Positions 9,433 through 21,045 of a stretch of 63,222 nucleotides of DNA are shown one piece after another. Positions within the stretch are counted from its first letter, which is position 1. Each line of letters opens with the position of its first letter. This DNA comes from Candidatus Methanomethylicaceae archaeon (GTDB lineage: Archaea; Thermoproteota; Methanomethylicia; Methanomethylicales; Methanomethylicaceae): positions 1 through 63,222 of the forward strand of contig JANXER010000005.1 of the NCBI GenBank assembly GCA_025057955.1, given 5' to 3'. A program made the translations under genes and the position numbers. The notes beneath the pieces are model-generated. The model saw only the letters and a list, made by a program, of their open reading frames with translations, did not search any database and was not told the origin of the DNA.

Positions 9433-10117
9433 TCACTTTTAAAAATACAACATCTCCATCCTTAAGTCCAAATTTTTTCCTTAGGTTCTCCTCAGATATT
9501 AATTCAATTACATCATTTCCATAATGCGTTCTATTTATTATTAATAATGCTCCATCAACTTCATCAAATATCCTTGCTTTAAAACATTTTACATTTCCAT
9601 AGCTTCTTCCTTCATCCATAAATCCCTCTATTAATATTCCTGGAAGAAGCTCAAGCTCTCTTCTTATCTTTATATCCTCAGGGGATTTCAATCTGAGATT
9701 TAAGGTTCCAGGATATGGTTTAAAGCCCAATTTTTCCTCAAACTGCCTACTATAACCGCTTCTTGTAACATAATAAGCCCCCTCTCCAAACCCAGTGAAT
9801 ACTACTCCCTTTAAGCAGTAGGCTCTTTCTAAACCTTCAAATCCTATTCTTAAAACTTCATAAACCTCTCTTAAAGCCTCTAATCCCTTTTTTGTAATAG
9901 TAATTCTTTGCCCTCTTATGGTGAGCTCTCTCTCTATATAGCCCTCTTTCAATAATTTTAGGAGTTTTCTTGAAGCAGTTTGTTGAGAAATTTTCATTAA
10001 TTTTCCAAGCTCATTAGTTGCTAAAAATACTGTTCCTCTATAACCTCCCATTTTAAATATTTGATATAGCATGAACCAAAGATTGCTATCCATATAATTC
10101 CCTCCTTGAAAATTCAT
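9425..10117 (-). CDS. ribK: CTP-dependent riboflavin kinase fused to an N-terminal winged-helix domain (RbkR-like)
   Basis: The N-terminal wHTH is LGKLMKISQQTASRKLLKLLKEGYIERE. The C-terminal half carries PYPGTLNLRL, typical of archaeal MJ0056-type riboflavin kinase. The start may be M9 (10093). Confidence 0.75.
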   Translation of the reverse strand: MNFQGGNYMDSNLWFMLYQIFKMGGYRGTVFLATNELGKLMKISQQTASRKLLKLLKEGYIERELTIRGQRITITKKGLEALREVYEVLRIGFEGLERAYCLKGVVFTGFGEGAYYVTRSGYSRQFEEKLGFKPYPGTLNLRLKSPEDIKIRRELELLPGILIEGFMDEGRSYGNVKCFKARIFDEVDGALLIINRTHYGNDVIELISEENLRKKFGLKDGDVVFLKVII

Positions 10118-10628
10118 GAGCCAATTTAATTGGCTCTGGCATGGAATTTTTAATGCATTTAATTGTTATTTCTATAACTTCCTCCAATGTAATCATATTT
10201 CCCACGCTTACATAGAAATTATTAATTTTTTTACCAACTATTCTTCCATTTAACATTATGTAGTCCTCCTTAAGCTTTAGACCCTTCAATAATCCTCTAG
10301 CTATACCTATTGTAGGAACTTTGAATGCTACACCAAATTGAGTGGCAATTCCACATCCTCTAGGATGAGCAATTCCATGACCATTTATCATAAATAAATC
10401 TGCTTTAACCCTTTTGAATAATTTGAATAGAAAGGGCATTTCTCTAAAGGCTAAAAAAGTTGGCACATAAGGTATGAAAGCACTATCCTTTACAATTATT
10501 GAATTTAATAATTTTAAATCAGGATAGGATAGCACAACAGCTGCTCCAACTCCAATATCCTTTGTATATGATACATCCATTCCACATATGGAGTTTGGAG
10601 TTTTTTCAAGCTTTTTTTCTAAAACCAT
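10086..10628 (-). CDS. nfi: Endonuclease V
   Basis: It has the motifs GMDVSY, PYVPTFLAFRE, INGHGIAHPRGCGIATQFGV and PTIGIAR. Confidence 0.8.
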   Translation of the reverse strand: MVLEKKLEKTPNSICGMDVSYTKDIGVGAAVVLSYPDLKLLNSIIVKDSAFIPYVPTFLAFREMPFLFKLFKRVKADLFMINGHGIAHPRGCGIATQFGVAFKVPTIGIARGLLKGLKLKEDYIMLNGRIVGKKINNFYVSVGNMITLEEVIEITIKCIKNSMPEPIKLAHEFSRRELYG

Positions 10629-10669
10629 TTTTGCTATTTTCTCTTGAGCAATAGCTGCTTTTTCAAAAT

Positions 10670-12238
10670 CTATACCACTTTTGAGGATATTCCTATGAAT
10701 ACTGGCCCCCTCACATCTATTTTACCTCTCTTACTTGTTATATATCTCATACCAACATCTGTTAACATTAAGTTTATATCGCTGAGAAGTTTAACCATTC
10801 TCACTCTTATTTCCATATTACCATCTCTTTCTATTCTTGCTGCAGCTGCCTTTGCTATAGCATCTAAATATCTTATTCCCGTTTTTATTCCTCTTTCCCT
10901 TGCTTCCTTCACTAAAATTATATTCTCTAAGCCCTTTTCTGGAATACCAAGAATATTAGCATTATAAACAACAATTTCATTAAATGCTGCTGGTCCTACG
11001 AGCTTCTCTCCAGGATCCCTTTCAAATACTTTCACTTCAACTCTTCTTCCACCTACATAGCCCTCAAAAGCTTTAACTTCACATGGACTTTCAAGATTTC
11101 TATTCTCCTCTATGGTTTTAACAATGGCTTTTTCAATTTCCATTCCTTCCTTAGTAATCGGCTCCTCTATGAATTTTATTTGTTTAGCTAAAGCTTCATC
11201 TGATAATATCCATTCTCCATAGAATTGAGGATAGACAAGCTCTCTTAAATCCTTAAATCCATAAAGAAGAGCAGCTACTCTTTCTACACCTATTCCTATA
11301 TTTAATATTGGATATTCAATTTCATATTTAGCTAATGCTATGGGACTATAGAGTCCAAAGTCTATTACCTCAAACCATTCAGAATTTCCAAGCCTTGCAA
11401 ATACTTCATATTCAGTTCCTGGAGCATAATATTTTGCAGTAACTTTTTTCTTTTCAAATTTTATATCACTAAATCCAAGCCTCTTCAATATTTCCTCTGA
11501 AACTTTCTTTCCATCTTCCACAGATACTTCTTCATCCATTATCACCGAGGAGGCAACGTGATGAAACTTTAAGTGGCTTTCATCCTCCCTTTGTTCTCTT
11601 CTCGCTCTTAATCCCACTGAGAAAAGCATTATTGGCTTCTCCAATTTATGTTGAATAGCAGCACATGTTATAAACCAAGCACTTGTCATATGTGATCTCA
11701 ATAATTGTCTTGTGGGAATTGGTTCAAGCTTTGTGAACTGTGGAAAAGCCTCATTTAAAATCTTTAATGCTGTTACATCATCTATTTTTAATGCTTCAGC
11801 AATTTTTTCCACAAGATCATCTCCATCTATTTTCCCCTTCTTATAATCATGAAGCGTCTCTCTTAATCTCTCTATGTTATCAATGGGAGCGCCTATTTTC
11901 TTAATTATCTCTATTTCCCTAGCTCCAATTCCAACATCAGGCCTTGGGAGCACTGCTAAATAATAGCATCTATCTAATATGGCTGGAGCTTCTCTTCCAT
12001 ATTGTTTATAAACATCAGCTTCTTCAACCACCATTGGATTTACAACTTCATCAAATCCAAGCTCCAAATAAATCTCTCTTAATTTATTCATTGTTTCAAT
12101 AAGTAAATGTGGAGTTCCTCTTCTTCTGGGTTTAAATGCTCCTTTTCCTCCAATTAGCTTTCCACTTTCAATCCATGTTCTCTCAAAATCTTCATCAGCT
12201 TTTCTCAATATTTCTTTCGTTATTTTCATCCCTCTCAA
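10670..12238 (-). CDS. sepS: O-phosphoserine--tRNA(Cys) ligase (SepRS)
   Basis: It resembles methanogen SepRS along the whole length: DRCYYLA.LPRPDVG, LRSHMTSAWF, YPQFY, GIRYLDA, KLLSDINL and IDVRGPVF. It is 522 aa. Confidence 0.9.
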   Translation of the reverse strand: MRGMKITKEILRKADEDFERTWIESGKLIGGKGAFKPRRRGTPHLLIETMNKLREIYLELGFDEVVNPMVVEEADVYKQYGREAPAILDRCYYLAVLPRPDVGIGAREIEIIKKIGAPIDNIERLRETLHDYKKGKIDGDDLVEKIAEALKIDDVTALKILNEAFPQFTKLEPIPTRQLLRSHMTSAWFITCAAIQHKLEKPIMLFSVGLRARREQREDESHLKFHHVASSVIMDEEVSVEDGKKVSEEILKRLGFSDIKFEKKKVTAKYYAPGTEYEVFARLGNSEWFEVIDFGLYSPIALAKYEIEYPILNIGIGVERVAALLYGFKDLRELVYPQFYGEWILSDEALAKQIKFIEEPITKEGMEIEKAIVKTIEENRNLESPCEVKAFEGYVGGRRVEVKVFERDPGEKLVGPAAFNEIVVYNANILGIPEKGLENIILVKEARERGIKTGIRYLDAIAKAAAARIERDGNMEIRVRMVKLLSDINLMLTDVGMRYITSKRGKIDVRGPVFIGISSKVV

Positions 12239-12824
12239 CCTCTCTTATGCTATTTCTTATCAATCTACCATGATATGCCAATGTTATATCTGATCTTGTT
12301 TCCTCAACCATTTTTCTAATTAAATCAACTTTCCTCTTAAGACCAGGAACTAAATTTTTGAAGTATTCTAATCCCTTCAATAGCCAATAAATTTCATCCA
12401 TGAAATTCAATAATCTCTCTGCCTCTTCTATTCTATCCTCTCTTAAAGAATCTAAGATTTGTCTTCTTATCTCTCCAACAGAATCAGCCAATCCAGCTAT
12501 ATAAGACTCTACAGTAACTCCAACCTCATTTAATGAGGGCATCTTTCCATCCTTTATTAATGATATTGTTATTATGGCCTCAGCATACTCTTGCATGGCT
12601 TGAGGCAATGGGCCTATATGTTTATACTCTGGAAATCTCTCACATATGTTCAAGGATGTTTCTAATATTTCTCTTGCTTGATTCAATAGGCTCAAGGTTT
12701 TATCTAAATCTCTCCTATGAAATGCTAATATAGCATTTCCCGATCTTCTTATTATTTCCCTTGAATTAATTATTAATTTCTCTCTATTTTCATCCTTCTC
12801 CTTCAAAATTTTTTCAACTTCCAT
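12195..12824 (-). CDS. Translin-family protein
   Basis: It is all-helical and carries YIAGLADSVGEIRR...EEAERLLNFMDEIY, as in translin/TRAX. I prefer the start MEVEKIL (12824) because the track start at 12884 would overlap taw1 by 44 nt. Confidence 0.6.
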   Translation of the reverse strand: MEVEKILKEKDENREKLIINSREIIRRSGNAILAFHRRDLDKTLSLLNQAREILETSLNICERFPEYKHIGPLPQAMQEYAEAIITISLIKDGKMPSLNEVGVTVESYIAGLADSVGEIRRQILDSLREDRIEEAERLLNFMDEIYWLLKGLEYFKNLVPGLKRKVDLIRKMVEETRSDITLAYHGRLIRNSIREVERDENNERNIEKS

Positions 12825-12840
12825 TATTATATCATCCAAT

Positions 12841-13755
12841 TCAACCACCCTTAAGCAATACCACTCTACTTGCAGGAACTTCATCTATGATTTCATATCC
12901 TGAGCTTTCAGCTATCATCTTGGCAAAGGAAAGCACTTCATTATGGCTTGGCATAGCATCTGCTCCAAGCCTCCATATTGAGCATCCTACATGCATATAT
13001 GCTTTTACTTCAATATATCTTGGCATTCCAATTTTTATTATATTTGCATATCCACTTGGATCTTCCATATTTAAGCCCTTCACTAAAGTAATTCTTATGA
13101 CTGTTGAGCAATTAAAGCTTTTAAGTAAAGAGAGTGAGGTTAATAATTTTTCCCAATTTTCCTCATATAGTGGTCTACATACTTTTTTATAGATTTCTTT
13201 GGATGGAGCGCTTACAGATATATAGAGTTGAGTTGGCTCAACAATTTTTTCAAGAACATTTGGTAGTGTTCCATTAGTTACAAGAAATGTAGTCATTTTT
13301 CTTCTTTTGAATTCCTCTATTAATTCTCCTATTCTAGAATAAAGCATTGGTTCTCCACTCAAGCTTATTGCTACATGTTTTGGATTCATTGCTTCCTCCA
13401 GCTTCTCTTTTAATACTTTTGGATTTCCCTTATAACCTGTGAGGGCTCTTCTATGAGCTTCTATGGCCTTCTCAACAATGTATTTGGGATCATCTTCTTC
13501 TATGATTTTCTCACCTTCCCATTGGGCCCCTCTCTCCCCTGGTAAAATCCTCCAGCAATATATGCATCTATTTGTACAGAAGGCTACAGCTGGACTCATT
13601 TGAAGACATCTATGCGTTTCTATTCCATAGAATTTACTCTTATAACATATGGTTTCACTAGTAAGAGCTTTTCTAACCCAATGGCAAATTTTCACGCCTG
13701 AATGTTTTCCCACTATTTGATATCCTTGCTTCCTCAAAATTTTGAGGATTTGCAA
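12841..13755 (-). CDS. taw1: tRNA 4-demethylwyosine synthase (Taw1/TYW1, radical SAM)
   Basis: It has the CTNRCIYCWR cluster motif, upstream Cys residues (KICHW, CYKSKFYG, HRCLQMSP) and a typical archaeal Taw1 length. Confidence 0.85.
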   Translation of the reverse strand: MQILKILRKQGYQIVGKHSGVKICHWVRKALTSETICYKSKFYGIETHRCLQMSPAVAFCTNRCIYCWRILPGERGAQWEGEKIIEEDDPKYIVEKAIEAHRRALTGYKGNPKVLKEKLEEAMNPKHVAISLSGEPMLYSRIGELIEEFKRRKMTTFLVTNGTLPNVLEKIVEPTQLYISVSAPSKEIYKKVCRPLYEENWEKLLTSLSLLKSFNCSTVIRITLVKGLNMEDPSGYANIIKIGMPRYIEVKAYMHVGCSIWRLGADAMPSHNEVLSFAKMIAESSGYEIIDEVPASRVVLLKGG

Positions 13756-13761
13756 AACCCA

Positions 13762-14370
13762 CTACCTTGCGGGTATGAAATCTTCCTTTGCTCCATCCCT
13801 AGATATTACAACTAAATCTATACCATCTCCAGATATGACATCCCTGGAAATAGCTGCTTTAATGGCTTTTATTGCTAATTCTCTTCCCTCCTCTACTGTA
13901 ATAGCTTCTTTATATGAAGCTTCAATTACACTTATGGCTAAGGCTGCTCCTGTTCCTACTGCAGCATATTTATCCTCTATAAGCGATCCCAATTGATCAA
14001 GAATAAATAGTTTAAATCCTTCTTCATCAAATCCTCCTATAATTGTTTCAGTGAACACTGGAAACCATCTCTGTGAATAAAGCAAATTAGCAAGAAACTT
14101 TGCTGCAGCTTTTACACTCATTCTACTGTTCTTTCCCAACTCATATAATCTTATTTCAGCTGCTAATCTTCTTAATACTGCTTGAGCATCAGAGATTAAT
14201 CCAGCGAAAGCAACTCCTATTCTATCATTTACAAGGAATACTTTTTTCCCAGCTTTACTCATTAATGATAATCCATAAGTTATTCTCTTTTCTGATGCTA
14301 ATACTACTCCATCCTTACATAGTATGCCTATTGTGGTAGCTCCAGTTATAGGATATCCTATTTCAGGCAA
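13762..14370 (-). CDS. psmB: Proteasome subunit beta (copy 1)
   Basis: A short propeptide is followed by the catalytic TTIGILCKDGVVLASEKR. It has an Ntn-hydrolase pattern. Confidence 0.9.
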   Translation of the reverse strand: MPEIGYPITGATTIGILCKDGVVLASEKRITYGLSLMSKAGKKVFLVNDRIGVAFAGLISDAQAVLRRLAAEIRLYELGKNSRMSVKAAAKFLANLLYSQRWFPVFTETIIGGFDEEGFKLFILDQLGSLIEDKYAAVGTGAALAISVIEASYKEAITVEEGRELAIKAIKAAISRDVISGDGIDLVVISRDGAKEDFIPAR

Positions 14371-14433
14371 ATATTAAAATCCCTCCACTATTGAAAGCAT
14401 AAGTTGGTGTATTAAATAAGCTTGTTGGTGAAT

Positions 14434-14661
14434 ATGAAGACAATAAGAGATGTGCTTAATAAAATAAAATGGACTTCTGGCTTAAATGGAGTGGAGATAA
14501 TAATTATTCATAGAGGAAATCCAAATAATATGAAGATTATAAAGGGCGAAGAAATTATAGATATAGCTCCAAGGGCAATAATTTGTGAAAATGCCATTAT
14601 TCCATATCATAGAGTAATTTGTATTAAAAAAGATGGATTAGAGGTTTGGAGGAAAAAATGA
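14434..14661 (+). CDS. DUF504 (MJ1316-like) protein
   Basis: This small protein has VLNKIKW at the N-terminus and IPYHRV near the C-terminus, both characteristic of DUF504. I prefer the ATG at 14434 over the TTG at 14422. Confidence 0.6.
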   Translation: MKTIRDVLNKIKWTSGLNGVEIIIIHRGNPNNMKIIKGEEIIDIAPRAIICENAIIPYHRVICIKKDGLEVWRKK

Positions 14662-15650
14662 AACAACCATTTGAAGATATTCCAACCATAATTATGGCTG
14701 AGGAATTAATAGAAAAAAGCATAAGAGAGGCTAAGAGAATGGAGTTATCTTTTCCTAGAAATGCATCTGCAATAGTAAAGGCAAGAAGAAGAGAGATAAG
14801 CAGAATTAATGCTATGGCGAATACTTCAGCAAAATATTTGGAGAAAATTGTTAAATCCTTTCCAAATATAGATTCTTTACATCCCTTTTATAGAGAAATG
14901 TTGGAGATAATTGGTGGAACATCAAATATAAGGGCAATCTTAGGAAGAATAAATAGAGCATCTAGAATAATACGTGAAATTGCCTCTTCCTCAATATTTG
15001 AATTGAAAAAAATTGAAAATCCAATTGAAGCAAATAAAATAAGAAGAGCCTTTATTGGAAGAATGGCCTCAATAATAAGAGATTTAAGCCAAGATCTTGA
15101 AAAATTATCTGAAGTAAGAAATAAGCTTAAGGATGTTCCTTCCATTGATCCAAATATTCCCATAGTAATTTTAGCGGGCTATCCTGGTGTAGGAAAATCC
15201 ACAATAGTTGGAGCATTATCCTCAGCGAAACCAGAAGTAAGATCCTATCCTTTTACCACAAAGGAAGTAATAGTAGGTCATATTAAGATTGATGAAAAAA
15301 TAATTCAAATTGTAGATACTCCAGGCCTCTTAGATAGACCTATAGAGAAAAGAAGTAAGGAAGAGCTTATGGCAATATCTGCTTTAAACTATTTGAAGGG
15401 ATTGATAGCATTTATAGTGGATACTTCAGAGTCCAATGGATTTACGCTTGAGGAGCAGAGAGCTCTTTTTGAAAGCTTAAGTAAATTTTTAACCTCAAAA
15501 ATAATAATATTCTTTAATAAAGTGGATATTTCAAGTGAAGAACAAATTTTAAAAGCAGAATCCATCTTTGGATTATGCATAAAAATGGCTGCAGCTAAAG
15601 GTATTGGACTTGAGAAGTTCTTAGAATCAATTAAAAATGCTCTTATGTGA
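14658..15650 (+). CDS. NOG1-family GTPase
   Basis: The N-terminal NOG1-type helical region is followed by a G domain with GYPGVGKST and DTPGLLDRP. The ATG at 14658 overlaps the upstream stop (ATGA). Confidence 0.8.
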   Translation: MKQPFEDIPTIIMAEELIEKSIREAKRMELSFPRNASAIVKARRREISRINAMANTSAKYLEKIVKSFPNIDSLHPFYREMLEIIGGTSNIRAILGRINRASRIIREIASSSIFELKKIENPIEANKIRRAFIGRMASIIRDLSQDLEKLSEVRNKLKDVPSIDPNIPIVILAGYPGVGKSTIVGALSSAKPEVRSYPFTTKEVIVGHIKIDEKIIQIVDTPGLLDRPIEKRSKEELMAISALNYLKGLIAFIVDTSESNGFTLEEQRALFESLSKFLTSKIIIFFNKVDISSEEQILKAESIFGLCIKMAAAKGIGLEKFLESIKNALM

Positions 15651-16677
15651 TTTTACTCAATCTTAATATGGCCTTTCCATTCATTTTTTCAATATTCCAT
15701 TTTATATTGAAGAATTTCTCAGTAAGCCAAATCATGGTTTCAGCATGAAGTGTAAGTGAGGAAACTCCCATTTGAAATCCCCCTGCTATTGCCATATAAA
15801 GTATCATCATATCCCCCATATGTCTATCTATAGCCATACCACTTCTTAATTCTTCTAAGAGTTTCATTCCTGCTTCCCTTCCAACTTCCTCAGCTGATTT
15901 TCCTTTTGCTCCTAGAGCATCAGCTCCTATTCTAAATCCATTTTCTATTTCTGCCCAAAGTGCTATTCCACTCCCCGGCCCAAGCCCTTGACTCACTTCC
16001 TCCTTTAATTCAATATTTTTTACTTCACTTTTTATTACATCTATTGCAGCTTTAGCTTGTCTAATGGCTATATGATTTGGAAGATTTGTACAATGGGAAA
16101 CTCCATGAATTGCTATAATATTTCCTCTATAGACTGTGGATAATGGTATAATTTTACTTATTGGTTTCACTTTTAATATGACTTTACCTCCTCCCTTGGG
16201 ATAATGTCCTCTTCTTATGAGATCCACAGAGGCATCTATTCCAAGCCTTCTCAAATTTTCAATTACAACATATTTGAAGTAATCTATTGTAGGGCTCCAA
16301 GGAACATCTGTGCCCCCTATTATTGTCACTTCAGAGGGCTCCTTAGCAAAGCAAAGTATGGGCAAAATTGCTTGTATAACTAATGTTACACTTCCAGCAG
16401 TTTTTATATCAAATTCATATTTTCCTCCTGAGATTTCTTCAGGCTTAAAGAATACTGTAGTACTTCCTATTGAAAGTCCTTTTACATTTGCTTTAGAAAT
16501 TTCAACCGCTGCTTTAAGCGCGGTCATATGTTGATGTTGAAGGCCCGGATTTGGTCTTTTACTTCTTATATTATGAACTTTTACAGCTCTATTTGTAATA
16601 CAAGATAGAGCAATTGCAGTTCTTAATAGTTGTCCCCCTCCCTCGCCATAAGAGCCATCTATTTCCAAAAATTCCAT
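15643..16677 (-). CDS. rtcA: RNA 3'-terminal phosphate cyclase
   Basis: It has the N-terminal motif IDGSYGEGGGQLLRTA at a typical length (344 aa). Confidence 0.9.
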   Translation of the reverse strand: MEFLEIDGSYGEGGGQLLRTAIALSCITNRAVKVHNIRSKRPNPGLQHQHMTALKAAVEISKANVKGLSIGSTTVFFKPEEISGGKYEFDIKTAGSVTLVIQAILPILCFAKEPSEVTIIGGTDVPWSPTIDYFKYVVIENLRRLGIDASVDLIRRGHYPKGGGKVILKVKPISKIIPLSTVYRGNIIAIHGVSHCTNLPNHIAIRQAKAAIDVIKSEVKNIELKEEVSQGLGPGSGIALWAEIENGFRIGADALGAKGKSAEEVGREAGMKLLEELRSGMAIDRHMGDMMILYMAIAGGFQMGVSSLTLHAETMIWLTEKFFNIKWNIEKMNGKAILRLSKIT

Positions 16678-16712
16678 AGTTTAAAATATAGCTCAGAGGG
16701 AAAAATAAAAGT

Positions 16713-18502
<1,790 letters not shown>

Positions 18503-18570
18503 TTTTAATTCACCCATCGAAAATTCTATATAATTAGTAGTAAATAAAAATTAAAATTAAAATATTCGAG

Positions 18571-19728
18571 GTGCTACACTTGGAAATACCTCAACTTATA
18601 ATGTTACCTGGACCAACGAATGTTCATCCCAGAGTATATGCTGCTATGTGCAAACCAATGATAGATCATAGAAGCAAGGAATTTCGAGTGCTTTATATGA
18701 GATTGCTTGAAAGTGTTAAGAAGGTTTTTCAAACTGAGAATGATGTTTTCATACTAACATCCTCTGGAACGGGAGGAGTGGAATGCGCTGCTAGCAATTT
18801 ACTTTTGCCTGGTGAAAAGATTATATTACCAGTGGCTGGCAACTTTGGAGAGAGGTTCGCAGAAAGCTTTAGCAATTATGGAATAAAAGTTATTAGAATA
18901 AATATTGAGCCAGGTAAATCTCCTAAATTAGAACAAATAGAAGCTGCTATAAGAAATAATCCTGATGCAAAAGCAGTGGCAATAATTTATAATGAAACCT
19001 CCACTGGCACTACGGTTAGAGATTTATCCAAGATTTGTAAAATGGCGAAGGATTTGGGCATGATAACCATAGTGGATGCTATATCCATTCTTGGAGGAGA
19101 TGATCTTCCAGTTGATGAGTGGGAAGTGGACTTTTGCATTGCTGCCTCTCAGAAGTGTCTTGCCGCCCCTCCTGGCTTAGCTTTAGTATCTGTAAGTAGA
19201 GATGCTTGGAAGCTTATTGAGAGGGCTAAGCCTAGAAGCGATTACTTTGATTTAATAAAATATAGAAAATATAGAGATGAACAAAAGGAAACTCCATTTA
19301 CTCCTGCAATAAATTTATTCTATGCACTTGATGAAGCCATAAATATTGTATTGGAATATGGCTTTGATAAATGGATTGAGAGGCATAAAATTACATCCAA
19401 AGCTTATTATAGTGCAATATTTGCAATGGGATTGCCATTTTTAGCTGAGGAATGGTGCAGATCAAATACTGTAATAGCTGTAAAAATGCCAAATGGTATT
19501 CCTGCAAAACTTTTGAGAGAGCTATTGGCTGAAAAATATAGAGTCGTAGTTGCAGGGGGATTTGGGGGTTTAAGAAACTCTATATTCAGAATAGGAAACA
19601 TGGGCTTAATAAATCCAAGAGATATTCTTACAACTCTTTCTTCGATAGAATCTGCATTCTTCGAACTGGGCTATCCAATTAAATCTGGCATAGAGGCTGC
19701 TATACCAATATTAAAAAACCTTGATTGA
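18571..19728 (+). CDS. Class V PLP aminotransferase (serine-pyruvate / alanine-glyoxylate family)
   Basis: It has the LPGPTNV start region, a SQKCL lysine motif and a typical length of about 380 aa. Confidence 0.7.
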   Translation: MLHLEIPQLIMLPGPTNVHPRVYAAMCKPMIDHRSKEFRVLYMRLLESVKKVFQTENDVFILTSSGTGGVECAASNLLLPGEKIILPVAGNFGERFAESFSNYGIKVIRINIEPGKSPKLEQIEAAIRNNPDAKAVAIIYNETSTGTTVRDLSKICKMAKDLGMITIVDAISILGGDDLPVDEWEVDFCIAASQKCLAAPPGLALVSVSRDAWKLIERAKPRSDYFDLIKYRKYRDEQKETPFTPAINLFYALDEAINIVLEYGFDKWIERHKITSKAYYSAIFAMGLPFLAEEWCRSNTVIAVKMPNGIPAKLLRELLAEKYRVVVAGGFGGLRNSIFRIGNMGLINPRDILTTLSSIESAFFELGYPIKSGIEAAIPILKNLD

Positions 19729-20802
19729 ATGCTTATAAGCTATAGCACAAGCTCCTTCAATGCTCACCATACATGGTCCAATGGGATGTGTAGGTGTACA
19801 TACTTTTTTGAATAAAGGGCATTCCTCAGGCATTATTTCCCCCTTAAGCACTTCACCACACTTACATCCCTCTGGCATATAATCTTCCTTAGCTAATTCC
19901 ATATTGAATTTTTTCAAAGCATCATATTTCTCATATTTACTTTTGAGCTTCAATCCTGATCTCTCTATTAATCCTATTCCTCGCCACCAAGAATCGCTAT
20001 ACTCAAAAGCCTCATTTAATAATCTTAAGGCCTCAATATTTCCCTCCTCTTTTACTGCTCTACTATATTCATTGTAAACATAGTAAGTTCCTTCCTCTAT
20101 TTGAGTTATTATATTAAATATTCCTATTATTACATCTAATGGCTCAAATCCTGCTATCACCATTGGTTTTCTATAAGCTTCAGCTAAGCTTCTATATGGT
20201 CTTGCGCCTATTATAGTTGATACATGGCCAGGGCAAATAAATCCATCAATTTTACAGCCTTGTTTCAATAGAAATTCCATGGCTGGAGGTATGAGCTTAT
20301 GAGTTACAAAAGCGCTAAAATTTTCAGGTGGATTTCTTAATATTTCAAGAGCTGTAGTAGGAGCAGTGGTCTCAAAGCCTATTGAAAAATGCACAACTTT
20401 TCTATTTGTTTTTTTAGCTATTTCTATACTTTCTGAAATACTATATACAATTCTTACATCTCCTCCCATGGCCTTTGCCTCAATTAATGATGTTTTTGAG
20501 CCAGGAACTCGAAAAACATCACCGAAGGTAGTTACAATAACATCTTTTTCCAATGATAAATTTGCTATAGCATCTATTTCATTAGCAGGAGTTACACATA
20601 CTGGACATCCAGGACCTGCTACAACCTTTATATTATCTGGCAATAAACTCCTTATACCGAAATGAGCTATAGTCCATTCATGAGTCCCACAAACATGCAT
20701 TATTTTTATGATTTCAAGATGCTTTGCCTTCTCCTCAATCTTCTTTACAATTTTCTCCACAATCTCCTTATTTCTGAAAAATCTTAGGAAATCCCCTTCC
20801 AT
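19711..20802 (-). CDS. hypD: [NiFe]-hydrogenase maturation protein HypD
   Basis: It has the motifs HVCGTHE, GPGCPVCV, CPGHVS and PCMVSIEGACAIAY. Confidence 0.9.
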   Translation of the reverse strand: MEGDFLRFFRNKEIVEKIVKKIEEKAKHLEIIKIMHVCGTHEWTIAHFGIRSLLPDNIKVVAGPGCPVCVTPANEIDAIANLSLEKDVIVTTFGDVFRVPGSKTSLIEAKAMGGDVRIVYSISESIEIAKKTNRKVVHFSIGFETTAPTTALEILRNPPENFSAFVTHKLIPPAMEFLLKQGCKIDGFICPGHVSTIIGARPYRSLAEAYRKPMVIAGFEPLDVIIGIFNIITQIEEGTYYVYNEYSRAVKEEGNIEALRLLNEAFEYSDSWWRGIGLIERSGLKLKSKYEKYDALKKFNMELAKEDYMPEGCKCGEVLKGEIMPEECPLFKKVCTPTHPIGPCMVSIEGACAIAYKHSIKVF

Positions 20803-20993
20803 ATCTCCAGCAACTCCTCTGCTTCCTCTTTACTTATCTTAGCAATAGCATATCCAGTATGAATTAGAACGTAATCTCCCTCCTTTACCTCTTTAACTAA
20901 TGCAATTGAAGCCTCTTTTATAATACCGCCTATATCCACTTCTGCTCTTTCTCCTATAATTTTAACGATTCTTGCTGGTATAGCCAAGCACAA
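20784..20993 (-). CDS. hypC: [NiFe]-hydrogenase maturation protein HypC
   Basis: It has the MCLAIPARIV N-terminus, is 69 aa and overlaps the hypD start. Confidence 0.9.
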   Translation of the reverse strand: MCLAIPARIVKIIGERAEVDIGGIIKEASIALVKEVKEGDYVLIHTGYAIAKISKEEAEELLEIWKGIS

Positions 20994-21045
20994 AATAAAA
21001 CACCTTAAAGATTAAATTTAACAACTCTGATAAATAATTATTTCA

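Noticed and set aside
12195-12238. A 35-44-nt overlap between the 3' end of the translin-family gene and the 5' end of sepS might indicate recoding or a mis-called gene.
   Set aside because: Both proteins show family motifs right up to their termini. The overlap length depends only on which of two nearby Met codons starts SepRS. Same-strand overlaps are common in this compact window.
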